Source of the DNA: Dehalococcoidia bacterium
Lineage (GTDB): Bacteria > Chloroflexota > Dehalococcoidia > Lucifugimonadales > G963668185
Direction of reading: 5' to 3'
Assembly (NCBI GenBank): GCA_965261935.1
Contig: OZ253485.1
Coordinates: 1,139,005 to 1,203,004, forward strand
Length of the DNA: 64,000 bases
Shown: one piece after another, positions 59,511-64,000 of the stretch
Layout: each line of letters opens with the position of its first letter
Position numbering within the stretch: the stretch's first letter is position 1
The notes under the pieces: generated by a model
Told to the model about the DNA's origin: nothing
What the model saw: the letters and a program-made list of their open reading frames with translations, nothing else
Database searches by the model: none
Program-made: the position numbers and the translations under genes

Positions 59511-59694
59511 CGGATGTCGTGAGGGCTCCCATTGGCCGATTTCAGCCTCGGCGCAAGAGTGATTGATTGGGAAGTCGGGAAACTGTCACATTCCGTGACG
59601 AACTGAAACTGGGAAGCATCGGAGCGAGTTACCAAGTACGGGTTGTCTTGGTAGCCCGCGAATACAGATACAGACAGATACAGAAGGAGGCATC

Positions 59695-60261
59695 ATGGTG
59701 ACTCGTGTGGCTATGTTTCTGCTGGTAGTGTCTTTTGCTACTGGGGTTCTGGCGGGTTGTGGTGGCGAGGACCGCGCGGTTGTCGCAGGCGAGGTAGCAG
59801 AGCAGTGGGCTATTGAACAGGTTGAAGAGGCCGTTGAACTCGTTGTGGAGTTGGTCATGGAGACCCCTGCCGTCTCGGAGGCCCTAGACTCCGTTCCCTC
59901 TCTACTGGTGGGCACGGCGGAGAGCACCCTGCGCGACATCATAGTCGAGCAGGTAGGGAAGCGTCTCGCCTGGACGACCAAGACGGTCAGTCAGACGCAA
60001 GGCGACATCTATCGAGTGACCTCTGAGGCCAGCGTCGACATCGAGGCTGAACTGCCTGTCGTGGGAACCTATTCGTTCATCGTCACCTTGCCGTTCCGCA
60101 TCAACATCAACGTCAAGGAGCGGGAAGTCGTGAACTGGACGGCAGACCTGAGCAGTGCGGATGTGGCCGTTACTGGCGGCTCTTTCATAGAGAGTTATGC
60201 ACAACTCTCTATGAAAGAGCCGCCGCGAGACACAGACTGCGTTTTCTTGGAAGCGTCCTGA
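59695..60261 (+). CDS. Lipoprotein of unknown function
   Basis: Strong RBS GAAGGAGG, lipobox VLAGCG, 188 aa. Confidence 0.55.
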   Translation: MVTRVAMFLLVVSFATGVLAGCGGEDRAVVAGEVAEQWAIEQVEEAVELVVELVMETPAVSEALDSVPSLLVGTAESTLRDIIVEQVGKRLAWTTKTVSQTQGDIYRVTSEASVDIEAELPVVGTYSFIVTLPFRININVKEREVVNWTADLSSADVAVTGGSFIESYAQLSMKEPPRDTDCVFLEAS

Positions 60262-60546
60262 AGTTCGTGAGGTCTCAAATGTTTCGTCGCTACACTCCTC
60301 AGCATGACAGAGGGAGCGCTGGGGAGGCGAGGTCCATGGTTCCCTTCGGCTGTGCTCCTTCGACAATCTTAGGGCAGAGCCAACGGAGGCTCCCGGCTGC
60401 ACCTGCACCGACAGCCTGGGGACGACGATTCGATCCGACCCATCGAGGCTAGTCGGCTACATTCATGCAATGGTGCAATGGAGAGATTCTGTCCTTCGCA
60501 CCCCGTCTATAATGAGCGCATATTCGCGCGAGAGCCGGTGACTAAC

Positions 60547-61740
<1,194 letters not shown>

Positions 61741-61805
61741 GCCCTGCACCCACAAAGGGGAAATCCCACAGGCGTCCCTGCATACTACGGGCAGGCTAAC
61801 TACAG
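61741..61805 (+). repeat. Copy A of a ~60-nt intergenic element (GCCCTGCACCCAyAAGGGG ... GGCAGGCTrACT)
   Basis: Begins immediately after the trpB stop. Matches copy B at both ends. Confidence 0.55.
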
Positions 61806-61999
61806 GATACTTCTCCTCCCTAGTATTTCTATGTGAACCTGTTCAGCCCGTTCGTCATAGCATGGCTTCAAAGCACAACCCCTCGGGCCTTACTTTCGTA
61901 TAATCAGGTATTGACGTTGGTCAAGCCGCAGGGACGTACGTTCCTGGGATTCGCAGGAACCGGCAGAGGCGACAACTTGACCACCCCGGAGGAGGGTCG

Positions 62000-62929
62000 A
62001 TGAGACAGCGGACGTACGGGAGAGACAGAGAACTCACACTCAGGATGTCGTTCACCATCCTGATGCTGGTCTTCGTGTACATCACGTTCATGGGCCTGCT
62101 GTTCTGGGCGGGTGTGCCGTGGTTCTTCATCCTGATCCTGGCCGTCGGCATGTCGATTTTCCAATACTACATGTCTGACAAGCTGGTCCTGATGACGACG
62201 GGCGCGAAGGAGGTGACGCCGGAGCAGGAGCCCAGACTGCACGCGACGATAGAGCGGCTGGCGGCGATGGCGGACCTGCCGAAGCCCAAGAAGATCGCGA
62301 TCATGGACACGCACGTGCCGAACGCGTTCGCGACCGGACGCAACCCGAAAAACGCGGTGATAGCGGTGACACGGGGGCTAATGTCCCGACTGAACGCGAA
62401 AGAGGTGGAGGCAGTGCTTGCCCACGAGCTGACGCACGTGAAGAACCGCGACGTGATGGTGCTGACTTGGGCAAGCATCATCGTGATCATGGCCGGCTTC
62501 CTTATGCAGATGATGTTCTGGATGAGCCTGTTCGGCGGGTTCGGGATGGGCAGAGGCCGTAGCAACAACGGGGGGCAGGCGATGATGATCATGCTGGCGG
62601 TATACGTGGGCACGATTGTCGTATACTTCGTGAGCCAGCTTCTGATCATGGCGCTGTCGCGCTACCGCGAGTTCGCGGCCGACCGGGGCGCGGCGGTCAT
62701 CACTGGCGCGCCGATGCAGCTCGCCTCCGCGCTACAGAAGATCAGCAACGAAATGTACCGCATCCCTGAGAAGGACCTGAGGCAAGTGGAGCATGCAAAC
62801 GCGTTCTTCATTGTCAACGCGCTCAAGGGCGACAACGTGGCGAGGCTCATGTCCAGCCACCCGCCCGTAGAGAAGAGGGTGGAGCATCTGATGCGGATGC
62901 AGCGCGAAATGGAGCGCGTGGTCTTCTAG
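62000..62929 (+). CDS. htpX: Membrane zinc metalloprotease HtpX (M48 family)
   Basis: HELTHVKNRD motif, four TM segments, C-terminal SSHPPVEKR. Confidence 0.9.
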   Translation: MRQRTYGRDRELTLRMSFTILMLVFVYITFMGLLFWAGVPWFFILILAVGMSIFQYYMSDKLVLMTTGAKEVTPEQEPRLHATIERLAAMADLPKPKKIAIMDTHVPNAFATGRNPKNAVIAVTRGLMSRLNAKEVEAVLAHELTHVKNRDVMVLTWASIIVIMAGFLMQMMFWMSLFGGFGMGRGRSNNGGQAMMIMLAVYVGTIVVYFVSQLLIMALSRYREFAADRGAAVITGAPMQLASALQKISNEMYRIPEKDLRQVEHANAFFIVNALKGDNVARLMSSHPPVEKRVEHLMRMQREMERVVF

Positions 62930-62932
62930 CCG

Positions 62933-63502
62933 GTGGGAATACTGAGCGCGCTCTTCGGCCGGCCGAAGCTGAGGACGCCGAACCGGGAGCAGTTCTTCGC
63001 GATCGCAACGGCCGCCGTGGGCCTGAGCGCGAGGGCGGACCTCAACGTCACGAACTCCGCGGGCGTGGTCTTCAATCCGGTCGAGTCCAGCTTCTTCGCG
63101 GAGCTGGAAAGCGAGATGAACGCACTGCTTGCCGCCGGAGAGACGTCGGCCGGCACCAAGTTCGAGGTGAAGGACGATGGCTTCGGCACCCGGTGGGTGA
63201 TCCTGGACGACCCCGACTTCGAGGACCTGGTCACGACGATCCACATCGTAGGGGAGATCGTCACGGAGCACGGCTTCGGAGACCGTCTCATCGCGGCGGT
63301 GCTGCGGTTCGACTTCGAGGATAAGCCAGCGTACTGGATCTACAACATCAAGCGCGGCAAGTTCTACCCGCTGGTGCTTTCAGGGCGGAGCCAACGCGAC
63401 AACGCTGCGGAGATGCGGCTTGGCGCGCTGATGGAAGAAGAGAAGGTGCCGGTTGAGCCTAACCTAGAGAACTGGTACGCGCTCTGGGGGATTCCGTTTT
63501 AG
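62933..63502 (+). CDS. Conserved hypothetical soluble protein coupled to htpX (possibly PspA-associated PspAB-like)
   Basis: Starts 3 nt after the htpX stop; 189 aa. The family name is recalled from memory only and was not verified. Confidence 0.5.
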   Translation: MGILSALFGRPKLRTPNREQFFAIATAAVGLSARADLNVTNSAGVVFNPVESSFFAELESEMNALLAAGETSAGTKFEVKDDGFGTRWVILDDPDFEDLVTTIHIVGEIVTEHGFGDRLIAAVLRFDFEDKPAYWIYNIKRGKFYPLVLSGRSQRDNAAEMRLGALMEEEKVPVEPNLENWYALWGIPF

Positions 63503-63517
63503 GGGCGGGCAGGCCAG

Positions 63518-63577
63518 GCCCTGCACCCATAAGGGGCACCATTTTGGCTACACCTAGCCTGGCAGGCTGACTGTTCA
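63518..63577 (+). repeat. Copy B of the ~60-nt intergenic element
   Basis: GCCCTGCACCCATAAGGGG...GGCAGGCTGACT, located 16 nt after the stop of the 189-aa gene. Confidence 0.55.
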
Positions 63578-63579
63578 GC

Positions 63580-64000
63580 CTAATCTGTAGCCCAGCCCAA
63601 GATGGTGTAACGAGGGCGACTGCTTCCGACCTGTCTGAACCGTGTTCTTATCGTAATGTCTTGGCCCAAAATATCGTTGATGGATTCGGCGTCGTCCACT
63701 GCGCTCTCAACACTGCACGAGATAACGTCTCCGGAACTGCTTACCACGAGTTCGGCCCGGCGGCTCTTCGGCAGGTATCCTTGAAAGTGCCCATGCAATT
63801 CCTCTCTTCCTTCGCGGATGTTGTCCTTCGCAAGGCTGGCCAAGCCGCGCCTGACCTGCCCAACATCTCGAAATCTAAAGACATCGTTTCTAAAGGAAAG
63901 GGAACACACGGCCTCGCTACTGGCCATCACCTCTAAGAAGTCTCTTATGTCGTCCAAGGCCCGCTCGTCCGTGTCGGCTATGGCCTCGACTATCGTCTCT
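63580..64000 (-). CDS. Hypothetical protein, probably 5'-truncated by the window edge
   Basis: ORF 63580..63957 begins at TTG, but the frame stays open to position 64000. No recognisable motif. Confidence 0.4.
   Translation of the reverse strand, partial: ETIVEAIADTDERALDDIRDFLEVMASSEAVCSLSFRNDVFRFRDVGQVRRGLASLAKDNIREGREELHGHFQGYLPKSRRAELVVSSSGDVISCSVESAVDDAESINDILGQDITIRTRFRQVGSSRPRYTILGWATD

Overview
This is a high-GC bacterial chromosomal window that is mostly core metabolism and housekeeping. The lineage is uncertain; gene content and the repeat families would fit a Chloroflexota-like organism. Confident calls: a seven-gene Alternative Complex III operon (actA-B1-B2-C-F-D-E, 3.0-10.8 kb), rpoB-rpoC, gyrA, ffh, a split transketolase, proB-proA, trpB, htpX, thrC and one tRNA-Gly(UCC). 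The accessory part is an 11-gene, ~14.5 kb minus-strand locus (43.8-58.4 kb). It encodes MazG, a 2-hydroxyacid dehydrogenase, a small AtzG/GatC-like ORF coupled to an amidase, two tandem paralogous family-5 solute-binding lipoproteins, two Dpp/Opp-type permeases, a lipoprotein and an OoxA/OoxB-like FAD oxidase pair. No ABC ATPase gene is present in the window. The most unusual object is the DppB-type permease, which is twice the usual length. It carries about 330 aa with six Asp-box (SxDxGxTW) repeats in its first external loop. Other notable items:
- An 8-copy tandem array of a ~107-nt hairpin unit at the left edge, with a solo copy at 38.6 kb.
- An alpha/beta-hydrolase gene broken at its nucleophile elbow by two compensating homopolymer indels.
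- Several short intergenic repeat motifs.
No CRISPR array, mobile element, rRNA or recognisable defence system was seen. All calls come from reading the sequence and the ORF track, with no database searches.
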